The translations under genes were made by a program, and so were the position numbers. 64,000 nt of DNA from Selaginella moellendorffii. Lineage: Eukaryota > Plantae > Lycopodiophyta. Positions 26,702 to 39,936 of the stretch are shown here, one piece after another; position 1 is the first letter of the stretch; every line of letters begins with the position of its first letter. A model generated the notes under the pieces. That model was not told the DNA's origin. It saw nothing but the letters and a program-made list of their open reading frames with translations, and searched no databases. The DNA is taken from assembly GCF_000143415.4 (NCBI RefSeq), contig NW_003314396.1, positions 100,895 through 164,894 on the forward strand, written 5' to 3'.

Positions 26702-27865
26702 ATGGAATGGCGCTAAATTGCAAATTTGAATACGGGCAAACACCATTGTGTTTAGGGCAATCTTTACATTCTGTAGATATGCCAAATGAGCAAATCTAGA
26801 CACTTTCCATAAATAGCTTTTGGGACCGAAATGAGACTAACACAAAAGGCATGATAGCGAGGGTGTTAGGTAGACATGGTAAGATATCATCTAGCAAATA
26901 TTGAGGGATTAATCTCAATATCGCGGGGGTTCCCAACACTAGCAAGTGCAAGTCAACGAATGAGTTTCTCTAACTAGGTGAAGTATGCTTGACTAAATAG
27001 ACACTTAGGAATTCCTTCCTTATGCTCATTTGGTCAAGTGCACACGCGAGGACTAGTTTCTCAACTAGCTTAGGCGGAGACTGATAACAGGTCCAGCAAT
27101 ATTAAGGGTAGTGAGAGTTCTTTACACGGTCACACCCTTTGAACGGAATAAGGAACATCAACAGAGAGGCGGGTGATGTGACTAATTAATAATAGCTACC
27201 TCATGACTAGAGATTTCACCATGCACACGAAGTGTCGAAGCTAGTCTGCCTGTACTGGCCCAAACTCAAAGATAAATAGATGAACAATATTAAAGTCATA
27301 GACAATGATATTGAAGAGACTTAATTATCAGTGATTAAATCTTATATTAGAACATAAAAGTATTCCAAGTAAGTTATCATCTGATATACCAATATTAAAG
27401 TATAGGAACCACCAAGATCACTATCATTGGAAAACATAGGATTCACCATCGAACAAAATTCAATAGCCAAACTATCATCAAGAAAACTCAATGATAAAAC
27501 TTAACTATCAAAGATTACAAACAGTATGCTAAATAATTTACGAAAGAGAATTCAAAGAACACAAAGTATCATTGACTAACAAGTAAAATACTCGCGAATG
27601 TATCACTCAAAGGAGATAACATCCCAATCTACCAGAACTAACTTAAGCAATAATCAACAGAACTGAATGAATGCGGTAAGACCAACAAACACTTATTTAT
27701 GCCAACTATTACATGAGCCAATCTGAATAGATCCCGGTCAATAATGATAAGGAACCAGAGTTGCTCAAGCAAGCATCAGCAATATCCTATTGATGTCTCA
27801 AACCCAAAAGACCAATCCAATCCAAACCACAAAGAACATATGGTAATGCAAAAAGCTATAAGAAG
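26702..27865 (-). mobile_element. Family C variant: LTR fragment (to ~27134) plus adjoining internal region
   Basis: 26702-27100 resembles 13866-14270; ~27400-27610 resembles ~63790-64000; purine run AAAGGG precedes TGTGACC on the minus strand. Confidence 0.65.
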
Positions 27866-27886
27866 CTCTATTTCGTTAAAGTGGGA
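27866..27886 (+). repeat. Left terminal inverted repeat
   Basis: CTCTATTTCGTTAAAGTGGGA, the exact reverse complement of 49001-49021. Confidence 0.85.
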
Positions 27887-28304
27887 ATTGTCATTATCCC
27901 ACTTGTAAAATAAGGTTTCCAAACCTTTATATAGTATATAAATATAACAAAATTCAACTGCATTGAGGCACATGCCATTTTATTTTAAACAAGGAAATGT
28001 CTACTCAATCACTTCTCCTCCCCCTGCCACTGCTTCACCTTTCTCTTCTCCTTGTCATCGTCGTCCAATTTCTTTCCATCCTTTTAATATTGGCTCAGTT
28101 GCTCCGAGTCTAGGTGGAGCCCAAGTCCCCATTCAATCTTTACTTTCCCCTTATTAATAAAACAACTTTGTAGACTTCCAATAACATGCTGTAACACTTT
28201 TAGTATAATGCAAATCCTCTCAAAGAATTGTCTTTTAATATTAATACAATGGCATGGAACCCCATGCCATAATAAGTTACATTTTTAAATAAATACATGC
28301 CATC

Positions 28305-31300
28305 TCAGACTGTTATTTTTTGCCTCCAACGCCTATACAATAATCTTGGAATTTCATCACTCTCCACACTATCAGGATTTAAACCCAATAATAATGCCAT
28401 CTCTTTTCTAATACGTCCACACTCATGTTCAGTGGTCGAAGAACCCATCTGGTTGAGCAGATTATGGAGATGCGGATAGTGCTTGGCTAGACAATATACA
28501 TGCCATAAATGATGACTAGTGTCCATCCGATCAAATGGCTTCTGATATACCGTTCTATCTGCCATTTGGTTGATTTCTGCAGCCACCTCCTGGACTGGCC
28601 GATTCTCTATCACTATCGCTCCAAGCCATTTTGCAAGGTCCCCCAGAACATACGGTTTCTTCTCCCTAGTTTCCATACTGCAAGAGATGGGGTGCACTGC
28701 ATATGTGTGCGTGTTCGCTACAGTTTTAATCGGCGAGTCATCGATGATGAGGATTTCACTTGACCTAGCAGTCTGGTTCATCACTACAGCCTCTGGCTTG
28801 ACGAAGATGGGCTTGCTACCCCTCACATGGACCATAGTCAAGCAATCCTCCTGCGTTAGGAGAAAGTCAAATGGTAATATTACTCGCGTCTGATCGTGCA
28901 TCATCTGTAGCAACGTTAATGCATTGTGGCGCATCATGGATGTCCAAACTCCCAATTGCAAATTGAACCCGGCCCTCTGTTTTAAGTGTCGCATGGTCAT
29001 TATTAGATCCCGCAGTTTCTCCCGTGTGATTAATGTGAATCTGTCTCTTTTGACCAACTTGCGACCGCAGGCTTTGGAGGGTGCAGTGACATTCGAGGAC
29101 GAGCCACGCTCATGGGAGAAAAGGACACCGTTCAGATCAAAAACGATACAGTACCTTCGCCGTGACTCTGAAATGAAATGCGTCAGCATAAAAAATGGTA
29201 CAAGTCAATTTTACCATCTACAATATTAGCGAATGGTGCTCCCGATGGTCGTTGAGAGGGTTTTGGTCGAGGAAACATGAAGGGCGGAAATACTCTCCTC
29301 TGCAATGTGGGGTCAATCGCATCCGATGGCGTGTGGGCACATGCCATTTCAGCTGTAGACTCTGGTACAACTGGCTCAACAGTGGCATGGGGTGGTTCCG
29401 ATGGCGTGTGATCACACGCCATTTCAGCTGGTGCCTCTGTTGGCAAAGTGGACATGACCGAACAGGCAGCAGGGGCAGTGTAGGGAGGTTCCAACGGCGC
29501 TTAGTCAGACGATTGGGCACACGTTGAGTCCGTTGGAAATGAGGATACGACCAGCTCGGCGGCTGGGGCGGCCTCATGCGGGTCCAATGGCGCCTGGTCA
29601 CCGTCAGTTGGATACGTGGACAAGATTGACTCAGTGGTATGGGCAGCATCAAGTGGAGCGTGGTCAGCTTGCTTGGCGTTGATATGGATAGTAGCCTCCA
29701 CCAGCTCTGATGACTCTTGCAGGCAAGTAGAGTCCACTGGCGGATCCATATGCATGTCCAAATATCTCCCTTCGATTGAGATGGTATCCTCCCGTGCTAC
29801 TAAAAACAAACTCATTAGCACATTGAATCGACTATACTGTATTTACCATCAACTGCTATTGAGGAACTAGGACCGATATCACTTGGGCGCACTGCTGATT
29901 CTGAAGGATTGGACATACGTTTCGACCCTTGCTTGACTATCCTTCCTCGACACTAAAGGCTAGAGTTTGTAAATTCAACTGAATAATCTCTACTTACCAT
30001 TTGCTCTGCGACCTACATGGACAATGTTAGAAATGGTAAAAGGTTAGGAATGGATGTACTATTATTTACCTGATGGTTTGTCTTGTATGACCTTCCTCTG
30101 CTGCTCTTTGGCCACCTCAGGCTGGCCATCGTCGTCATCATCGTCGTCGTCGTTATTGTGATCGTCACCATTGTGAGGACCATCCAAGTCCTCTTTGTCC
30201 TCCTCTTCTTTGTCCTCCTCTTCGTCCTTCTGCTCTTCCTGCTCATTATCTTTCTCTGGCTCCTCATCCCCCTCCTGCATTTCTTCCATAGGCTGCTCAG
30301 GCTGGATGGCTTGTTCTTCCAGGACCATCTTGGGAAAATCATCTGGCCGAGTCTCCATCTCAAAATACAAGAAATCCATAGCCTGTTTTAGTGCATGACC
30401 TAGGACCGTATCCTCACCCGACTGTCTTAACATGGTTTTTGCACGTTCTTGCACCCTTCGAAGAGGGCGAGATGAGAAAAACGTGGCTCTGACTTGAAAA
30501 GCATCCCTCATCCATTGTACCTCTCCATTGAGATTGGGGAAGGGGAGTCCGCCATAGGAATCTGAGTCAGGAGGTGGTGACTGCCTGCTTTCACTCAGCC
30601 CTTGATCTGCAACGAATGGCATGAGCACACACGCCATAACCGCGAGGCATTACCTATCATCTTTTCGTTGCCCTTCTTCCTTTTCGAATCAAACGCCTCT
30701 GATCCCAACGACTGTCCAACGTGCTTTCGCTTTTTATGACCACTGTCAGTTTGAGCTTGGCTGGTGCTTGCCTGTTTTGCCTTTGAAGAAGTGTCTCCTG
30801 CAAGGAATGACATGAGACCACACGCCATTGCAAATATAATTTGTACCTCCTTTTTTCCTATTGCTTGTCTGTTTGTCCTTCTTCGACGCGCCACCAGTGT
30901 GCTTTTCAGTCCTTGTGTCTGAATATTCACAATGATCTATAATCAAAATGGCGTGAGGCCTCACGTGACCTTACCTTGTGCAGGTTGTGAGCTCGGCCCA
31001 ACATGGGTATCTTCAACAGTAGCTGTTAACGCCGTTTCAGTATCTGGGGGTGGCCACGCTCCTGCATACAGAGCTTGTGAGATAACATTTAAACTTAAAG
31101 TGCATACTCACCAGGTTCGCAGAGAAGATACTGTTTTTCTTTGGCAACTGTAATTATATGCTCCATTGAAGTCACCTCTTCAATGGAGTTTGTCACCGCA
31201 ACACACGGGACACCCTTGAGTAGTGCGGCTTGAAAGAATAGTCCACCGCAATTGTACTCGACAACGTATTTGCCCTTGGAGTCGGAAGCAGGTGACCCAC

Positions 31301-33688
31301 CCGCTATTGCGTTGAAGACCCAGCTGAGCATTTCCCATGCTGCACCTGGAGCTTTCTTTGGATTCGAAAGCTCCATAGCCGTCTTCAGTTCCTTAGGCAC
31401 GGGTAAATTGACCTCCCTCAGATCAATTCGATCGGCCTTGTCGAACGAAGCTGGGAAGTCACTCCAGTCCCACTCTGCTACAGGACCAATAACAAGGGTG
31501 AGTGTGAAGATGCGGACATTCGTCGGTATCTTCTTCTTAGCCATTATCCCATGGATCTCCCGCATCTCCTTGCCTTTCAACCGAGCCTTCACCTCGTTCA
31601 AGGCCTTCCAGAACTTGTGATAGGATTCAGAGTCGTAGATCATATAGTGGACTGAAGATTCCACCTCCGCAAGTCCCACCATTAAGTCAATGATGGAGCT
31701 GACTTCGTCTGCATGAGTGATCTCCTCGTTTGTGAAGTCCATCACACAAAAGATGTTCTTGACCTGCTCATCTCTGCGGGAAACGATGCTCCTCCACCTT
31801 TGATCCTCATCCAAATTCAAGTATACCAGTAAGATTCTCGATAGGCCTCTGCTGCGGGGTCGAGCTGTTTCTAAAGCCGGCGGTCGACATCCCTCTTAAT
31901 GAAATTTGGATACTGATCCAACTTCTCAGCTTTACTTTTCGTGGCATCCCGCAGCAGATCGATGAACTTGGGGGCCCCCTTCATGTACTCGTCGATGTCT
32001 TCATTTGACAAATCCAGCGCTTCCATCATCTCTTGCGTGGTGTCGATGCTCACCCTCTCCATGGCCACTTGCTCGAAGATCCAATCCTTCAATAGCGCAC
32101 GAGCTCTCAGAGTCGTGCACAAGTCCTCGTATGTCACAATATGGCCGGGAGTCATTTTGGTCTTGTTGAAGACTACCTCACCACGTAGAAAAGCATTAGC
32201 CACTGTCAGAAGGTCGTCGTCGTCTAGAGACCGCAAGAAACGCAAGGTGTTGAGCTTCAAATCATTGGGCTTGCGGCCGTCCTCCACACCCATTGAGTTT
32301 AGTAACTCCCCGTCATGGTACCTCCTCAGCACATCTACCCATTTGTCCAAAACAACTTTTGTCGCGAGTAGAATGTTATGGATGATGAGTGTGTCATTGA
32401 CCCCCAGTGTTTTCGAGAGAAGACTCGAGAATTCCTGCAATGGAAATGGCGTGAGGCCACATGCTATGCCACATGCAACGAGGCTTACCTGCCAGGCGCT
32501 AGTTGCTAGTGCACGTCCTTGTCCTGGTTTTTGTGGCTTCTTCAGTTGAACCCAGAGCTTCCATGTTCGTGCCAATGTCTCGTGCAGACCCGATTTGTAG
32601 CACGTTTCTTGCTTGACATTCTGCGCGTGGGAGATGTATATGATAGATCGGAGGGGCGAGTTGCCTTTTATCAGGCGGACAATGCTTGTCTTGAAGACTT
32701 TCTTCACCTCCTCACCCACCATAATATCCACAACTATCTCTTGCATCGCCAAGCTAGAATGCTGCCCGGAGACGGCATAGAACCGGATGTTCTGATCGTC
32801 CAACACCTTCCTATTGATCAAATTTGGAAACCTCATCTCGCCCTTCATTTTTTGGTAGTAGGGGATCACGTCTGCGATGTCGGGTGTTACTGGACTTGCC
32901 AGCATCTTCTGCTTCAATTTCTCCACCCACTCATCAGATACTAGCCTGTGGTTGTATTTGCTTTGGATGTCGATATGGCTCACGTCGATTGTATATACTT
33001 TGTTGGAATAGTAACAAGTACTATTATCTGCGACGATTTTTGCTGCCTCTTCTTGCTCTTTCTGCTCTTTGCGGCTCTTCTTTTTGGTGGGTGTAGTGTT
33101 CGAACCCGAGGCAATGGCATCACCGAGTAGCTTCTTTTTTGGAGCAGAAGAGTCGGACGTCGGCTTGAGCTTGACCACCCTTTTCTGCTTCGGGGTAGTT
33201 TCCAGATCGACCCCCTTCCCCTTCGCTTCGCGAACTGGAGGCACTCTCAACGGCTCAATGTTGGAATATAGTTTTTAAACATCGCCGTAGGTGAGGTCCG
33301 TGGATTCCATGTGATCTTCATAGACCCGTAGCGTCTTTGAAATTGTGGGCCTCCTGGACAACCTCTCCCTAGCTCCCTCTAGGAATTCCTCATAGCCGCT
33401 GCCCCCCTCCGGGAAGCTGCTAGGATGTGCAAAGTGGATCTTGAAGGCAGACGTTGTCTCTACCACAAGTGCCAGTCCATATTCTTGCATGGAACTGCAT
33501 GGAGTGTCTGTCACTTGGATGAGGATCCCCATGCATTCTTTTCTCCCACCATCTGTGTTGTACAGCCTCAGATCCTCGCCTTCCATCCCGAAAGTCCAAC
33601 TGGTGAGCTCCTCCCCCTTCTCTACATCCACATTGACAGTGGCTGGAAGAAGAATGCAATTCCTCGCCTGTTCCAAAATGCACAACAA
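28305..33688 (-). pseudogene. Multi-exon accessory gene: ParB/Srx-like domain, degenerate N6/N4-methyltransferase-like domain, acidic/low-complexity linker, FCP1/NIF-like HAD phosphatase domain
   Basis: ORFs join in frame across short GT-AG introns (e.g. 32435-32488, 30919-30974, 30798-30846, 30607-30653). Motifs: RLVSDEWVEKLK...YAVSGQHSSLA; SKGKYVVEYNCGG...AALLKGVPCVAV; IVFDLNGVL...VWTS...TQEDC...IIDDSPIK. In-frame stops at 33275, 31871 and 29501 (TAC in the duplicate) and a frameshift near 31850. Start codon uncertain. Confidence 0.7.
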
Positions 33689-35184
33689 TTAGAGCTGACA
33701 GATGAAAAGCTAGCAGCTGGAAATAACGTAAGGCCACACGCCATTCACCACTGCATCAGATGTCTTGAGGCTGCATCCTAAGATGGCATGAGGCTACACG
33801 CCATCTGTAACCGGACTACACTCAAGAGCCCAATCGGTGCATGCCAATGTTGCTACTGAATGGCATGTGGCCTCATGCCATTTTCTACTTGGCCTAAAAG
33901 ACTTACCATTTGAAGCCGAATGAAGGCGTGACAATCGAGGCCGGACTCGCTGGCGAATGTGCATTGTGTGTGCAGCGGATCGTAGCAGCAAGGCTACTCT
34001 GCCACTTACAGTTGGAGAGTGGCGCTGAAATCTCCCGGGACGCCAAGTGGGCTGCATGTGGGTGGCGGAGTGGGCGGCGGAGTTGGCGGCAAAGTTACAA
34101 ACTGGGTGTGTCTTGAAGTGGACGCCGATGCACACGAGCGCGATGCGAGCGCGAGTGTGATGCAAGCGCGAGTGGACGCCGATGCACATGAGAAACCTGT
34201 AGAGAAGGTAGATGAGCGCGAATGTGAGCGTGATCGCGAGTGGGAGCGCGATGCGAGCGCGAGTGTGCGAGCGCGAGTACGAAGCAAAATGCAAAACCTA
34301 ACCTCACACGCGCGAAATGTCACGACGGTTGGTAATCCCGCCACGTCATCATTCCTCGGACTTGGGCGCCACCATTAATTTCTGGATCGCCGCGCGCATG
34401 CATGCACGTGAAATCCAAAAGAAATCCGCAACGTCATCATTCCTCGGACTGCATGCATGCGAAATCCAAAAGAAAGATCATGATTGGGATATCATTTAAT
34501 ACCCTCGCTATATTTATACCATGCATGATTGGATATTCCAAAGCATCTTGTATTTCCAAAAATGCCAGATGTTCAGCCAAATAAATTGTCAGAGGATTTG
34601 ATGTGACGTTCAAGCGTGTGGGCTCATGCAATTTTGATCCTAAAAAATGCACCAAAAAATGCTCGGCGTCATCTGGCGTTATCTCTTGAATGGCGTGGGG
34701 CCACATGCCATTTTCAGGGGCACATAGGAGTATATTCCTAGAATATTCTAATACGCACGAGATTGTTTTGAGTTTTTTGGAGATCCAACCGTTAGATCGC
34801 AACTAGATTTTATAGAATGGTATACAATGTCTTTCTTGATGACCCTGCAAAGAAGCATCTCGATCGGACACCACATGAGACCACACGAGCCTTACAATGT
34901 TTCAGGGGCATTTGCCATAGATCCGACCGTTATTTTGCTCCAAGATTTTACAGTTTGGTGTGCATTGACCTTTCCATTGACACTGCAAAGGGACATCACA
35001 ATCAGATGTGGGATCACAAGAAACTAACTTCACTAACTCTGGTTTCACCAAGATCTATGTAAGGAGTTCTGAAATGAAAGGACCCTCTCTATTGAAATGT
35101 GTTTATGGTCCTAGGGGCATTGTGACATATCAAAGGATTTTGCATCAAGTTCTGTATTTGCATGTTTATCAAGCTACTGAATTG

Positions 35185-35203
35185 CTAAACCCTAAACCCT
35201 AAA
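35185..35203. repeat. Short telomere-like motif (CTAAACC)n
   Basis: CTAAACCCTAAACCCTAAA. Confidence 0.6.
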
Positions 35204-35551
35204 CATGTGGCAAATGCTGCGTGAAGAAAGATGCCCTTTCTGGGCAAATGCTGTAAGAGGCAGATGCCGAGCAGATGTATCTCAGGCTAGCGAAGGGGAC
35301 AAACGAAAGCTAGCTATAAACATGACGGGATGCAAATAGATTACTAGGCTGGTCCTACGAAAATCAAAAACCATAATTGAAAACATTGAAAATGCAAAAA
35401 GAAAGGTTTATAATATTTTTGAATTTTAAGCAACCAAAGGAATGTAAGTAGGGCATGTGTTTGTAAGTTTAAAAATGCCTCAACCACTTAAATTCCCAAG
35501 TAAATAAAGCTGTTTCCATTTTTGGTACAGGTAAACTTTATAGCGTGTGGG

Positions 35552-36685
35552 TGTAAGGAACCGAATCCCCGAGATGTCGTTGGCTAAAGGATCCCCAAAA
35601 GCTTGACCGAAATGACAAAGAGTTCATCGGATGGGACCAAGTCGAGGATCGAGTCCAAGACCGACTCTAGGACCGAGTTCGAGATAGAGTCCGGAATCGA
35701 GTCTGAGACCGACTCGGGGACCGAGTTCGAGTCCGAGTTTAAGACCGAGTTCGAGACGGAGTCCGAGATCCGAAATCAGGGCCGAGACCGAGTCCGAGGT
35801 CGAGTCCGAGGTCGGGTCTGAGATCGAGTCCGAGACCGAATCCGAAGTCGGATCCGAAATCGGGTCCGAGATCGAGCCAGAGACTAAGTCCAAATACTAA
35901 TACGGGTCAAGGGGTGAAAGCCCAAAGCGTGCGTCTCCCAGGGGGGGGGGGCTGCAGGGGGTTCCAAAAGTATAGTAGGGATAGTGAGGTCCAGGAACCA
36001 GTTTTGAAGGGACTCTCCAGTTGGGCTTCCAAACCGACTTGAGGTTGAGACTGGGACCGAGGGGCCTTGGGTGGGAGTGAGCATGGACTTGGCTGGTGCC
36101 GGAGGGGCCATCCAAGGAAGTGCTCAAGAGCAGCTCCCACTCTCGAAAGGGAAACCGACTGCGGTGCTCCCAACTCAGGTGGAGTGGTGCCCCACTTGAG
36201 TACCTTGTGGCTCATTGGTCCTCGCCCTTCCGGGGGCTTGGGCCTTCCCTTCGGGATGGAAGAGGGGGGGTAGAGGTACCCATACCGGGCTGTTAGGCCA
36301 CGGTGTTTCGCCCCGACGTCCCGAAGTAAGTGCTGCACCCAAGGCTTGGGATTTAGAGGGTCCCATGATCAAGTCTTGTGGTACCAAGGGGTGTTAGGAA
36401 TCTGGAGGCTTGGTGTGCTTGGCTGCTTGTGCCTGCGGGGAGTGTAGCCGAACCTTAAGTCCAGTCTAACCCGGGGAGGGGGATTGGGAGAGATTTGGGA
36501 ATCCGTAGATGGATGGCTAACACTCTGTTGCTCGTGCAGTGAGTAGCTGAAACCAAGTAGGACCAAGTAGGAGCTGGTACCATAGGCGAGAACCTTGGCG
36601 AGGGAACTTAGCACAAGCCAAGGCAGAGTTGGTCGGATAGACGAGGTGAGCTAGCAAATTGGAAAGGAAAAATTTGTGGCTTACA
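35552..36685 (+). repeat. 5' LTR of B
   Basis: TGTAAGGAACC...TGTGGCTTACA. Confidence 0.95.
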
Positions 36686-36688
36686 ATT

Positions 36689-36700
36689 TGGTATCGGAGC
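36689..36700 (+). promoter_or_regulatory. PBS (tRNA-iMet type) of B
   Basis: TGGTATCGGAGC, identical to the A1 PBS. Confidence 0.88.
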
Positions 36701-39586
36701 CTCTTCCTCAGTTCTAGCAAAGGATAGAGGCGGATTGCTGGGAGATGGCAAGGGCAGGACGTAAGCGAACCCAGGCGGAGACGGAACCCCCTCCAGAGCT
36801 AGAGCCTCCGGTCGAACAGGAGGCTATGGATGAGGAATCGTTGCATGAGGAGGACTCCAGTGAGGCAACTTCCAAACAGGAGTCCGGTGGTGAGGTTCGG
36901 TCGTCCAAGGCTCGATTGGACGTTCTAGAAGGACAATTGGCAGAGACCAATGCACTGCTAGAGACTCTCGTACGCAAGCTAAAGCGTGACGAGAAGCGGA
37001 AGAAAAAGCGAAAGACTGTGGATGCTAGTAGCGCAGAAGGTGCAGACCCTTCGGCAGGGACTGAGGCAAAACCAGACAAGGTCGAACAGACCGAAGTGGA
37101 ATCAGTCCCTCAGGCAGTTCCCAAGTACAAACCGAAGCCCCCACCGGTCTTCAAGGGAGTGAACGACTATAAGGTGGTGGAGGATTGGTTTTACGATATG
37201 GAGGACTACTTCCGAGCGTTGCGATTACCGAGCTCGGAGAAGGTCCCATGTGCAAAACCATACTTGGCAGATAATGCCAAGTCTTGGTGGAGAACAACGG
37301 AGGCCAACGAAGGACCGGTGGCCACTTGGGAAACGATGAAGGCGAGGATCCGCGCAACTTACGTTCCTCCGAATGCTACTCTGCACCTAAGAGACGAGTT
37401 GAGTAGGCTGAAGCAGACCGGAACCATTTAGGAGTATGTGAATGGGTTTATGGCAAAGAGGATACTTGTCACGGACATGGGGGATATGGATGCGTTCCAT
37501 GCCTTCATATCAGGTTTGCAAACCTGGGCTCGTGGCGAAGTAATGCGGTGGAACCCGACCAACTACAAGGAAGCGTTGGATGCGGCCATCAAGGTGCATT
37601 TCAACGATAACCTGCGAAAGGGGAACACGACGGGGTCGGGATCCACGTTTAGCAAAGGGGCCAAACCAAGGGGAACGTTTAGCAGAGGGAAATTCAAGAG
37701 GAGTTTCTCTAAGAATGAGTCCTCGGGGTTCCGGAAAGGCAAATCCGGTGGCCAGTGAGCGAGTACATTTGGGAGTCAAGCGAAAAGAGACAAACCCACG
37801 GATAAGAAGGTCAAGTCGTATAGCAGCGTGGGAAACAACGTATGCTACAACTGCGGTGAAGCAGGACACTTCTCGAGGGAATGTCCCTACCCGAAGAAGG
37901 CTAGAGCCAATATGGCCATCAAGTCGGGTGAAGTCCAAACGGAGGTATGTGATCCAGTCCCTAACTCAAAGTTACTCATTACACGAGCAACTTTGGTAGA
38001 GAGTCGTTCGCGACATCTACTAGCCCTCCGAGGGAAGCTCGGAGGTAGCTTTGTTAAAACCCTTATTGACACGGGTGCTTCGGATGATTTTGTGGCTGCA
38101 AACATAGTCTGGCAAGCCGGACTAACGGTGCAGTGGCTAGGCGAACCAAGGACTATAGAGTTTGTTCAAGGTAGCCAAAGCACCGATGAGGTACTTCGAC
38201 AAGCGAGAGTCGAAGTGGGGACTTGGAAGGTGGACATGGATTTCACCGTGTTGGACATGGCGGGATTTGACGTGATCTTCGGAATGGACTGGTTCAATCG
38301 ATTCGTGGTAGCCCTGCATGGACAAGATAGAAACCTTGTGGTACTGGCGAATGCCCAAGGAAGAAGATCTAGGGTGGAGGCCCAAGATCTAAAGGTAGGG
38401 CAAAGCAAGGCCAAAGATTCCTGCTTAAACCTGGTGTCCACGAGAGGACAACTCACTAAAGGAACTAAGGCGGCCTTTTTGTGCTTACTCTCGGTGAAGA
38501 GTGACAAAAAGACAGGAATGGAAGAAGTACCTTTAGTGATCCAGCGGGTGTTGGACCAATTCCAGGATACCATGCCGGAGGAGCTACCGGCGGGGCTACC
38601 CCCAGCACGACCGATAGAACATAAGATTGAGCTGGTCGAGGGTGTTGAGGCAGTGGTTCGTACCCCTTATCGTTTGAACGAAAAAGAACTCAAGGAGCTC
38701 AAGTGCCAACTAGAAGAGTTGGTGGACAAAGGGTATGTTAGGTTGAGCAAGTCGCCGTATGGGGCACCGGTGTTATTTGTGAAAAAGAAAGATGGATCTA
38801 TGCGCATGTGCATAGACTACCGGTTGCTCAACAAGTATACAAAGAATAACAATTACCCTTTGCCAAGGATTGAGGACCTGTTCGATAGGTTGGGAAAGGC
38901 AAAATACTTCTCGAGGATTGACCTAAGGTCAAGATACTACCAAATCAGGGTAGCCGAGGAAGATGTCGAGAAGACAACCTGTCGAACGAGGTATGGGAGA
39001 TTTGAGTTTTTGTTGATGCCCTTCGGGCTATGCAATGTGCCGGCAACGTTTTCGGCGCTAATGAACCACATCTTTGTACCCTATCTGGATCACTTCGTGG
39101 TCGTCTATATCGACGACATCCTGATCTATAGCGAGACTCTAGAGGAGCATGCCGAACACTTAGCGAAGGTGTTTGAGAAGCTAAGGGAACACAAACTATA
39201 TGCTAAAGAGAGCAAATGTGACTTTGCTCAACAAGAGGTAAAGTTTCTCGGGCATGTGGTGGGCCAAGACGGGCTCAAGGTGGACCCGGAGAAGGTCCAA
39301 GCGATCCAGGAATGGGAGCGACCATCCAATGTACACGAGTTGAGGGCATTCCTGGGGCTATGCAACTACTATCGAAAGTTTATCAGACACTATTCGAGAG
39401 TAGCCCTGCCCTTAATGGACCAAACAGGAAAAGGGAAGATGGTGTGGACAGCGGAATGCGAGGCGGCATTCGTCCACCTCAAAGGGAAGTTGAGGAAGGC
39501 TCCCGTATTGGCATTACCAGACTTTGGTAAGGACTTTGAGGTAGAAACGGATGCTTCAAACTTTGCGTGACGTTAGGCCGTCCATC

Positions 39587-39936
39587 NNNNNNNNNNNNNN
39601 NNNNNNNNNNNNNNNNNNNNNNNNNNNNNNNNNNNNNNNNNNNNNNNNNNNNNNNNNNNNNNNNNNNNNNNNNNNNNNNNNNNNNNNNNNNNNNNNNNNN
39701 NNNNNNNNNNNNNNNNNNNNNNNNNNNNNNNNNNNNNNNNNNNNNNNNNNNNNNNNNNNNNNNNNNNNNNNNNNNNNNNNNNNNNNNNNNNNNNNNNNNN
39801 NNNNNNNNNNNNNNNNNNNNNNNNNNNNNNNNNNNNNNNNNNNNNNNNNNNNNNNNNNNNNNNNNNNNNNNNNNNNNNNNNNNNNNNNNNNNNNNNNNNN
39901 NNNNNNNNNNNNNNNNNNNNNNNNNNNNNNNNNNNN
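39587..39936. other. Assembly gap (350 N)
   Basis: Run of N. Confidence 1.

Noticed and set aside
27859-27865. Target-site duplication for the TIR element
   Set aside because: Flanks AGAAG and TTTAG do not match and belong to different retroelements; at best a 2-bp AG if the ends are extended, which is not convincing.
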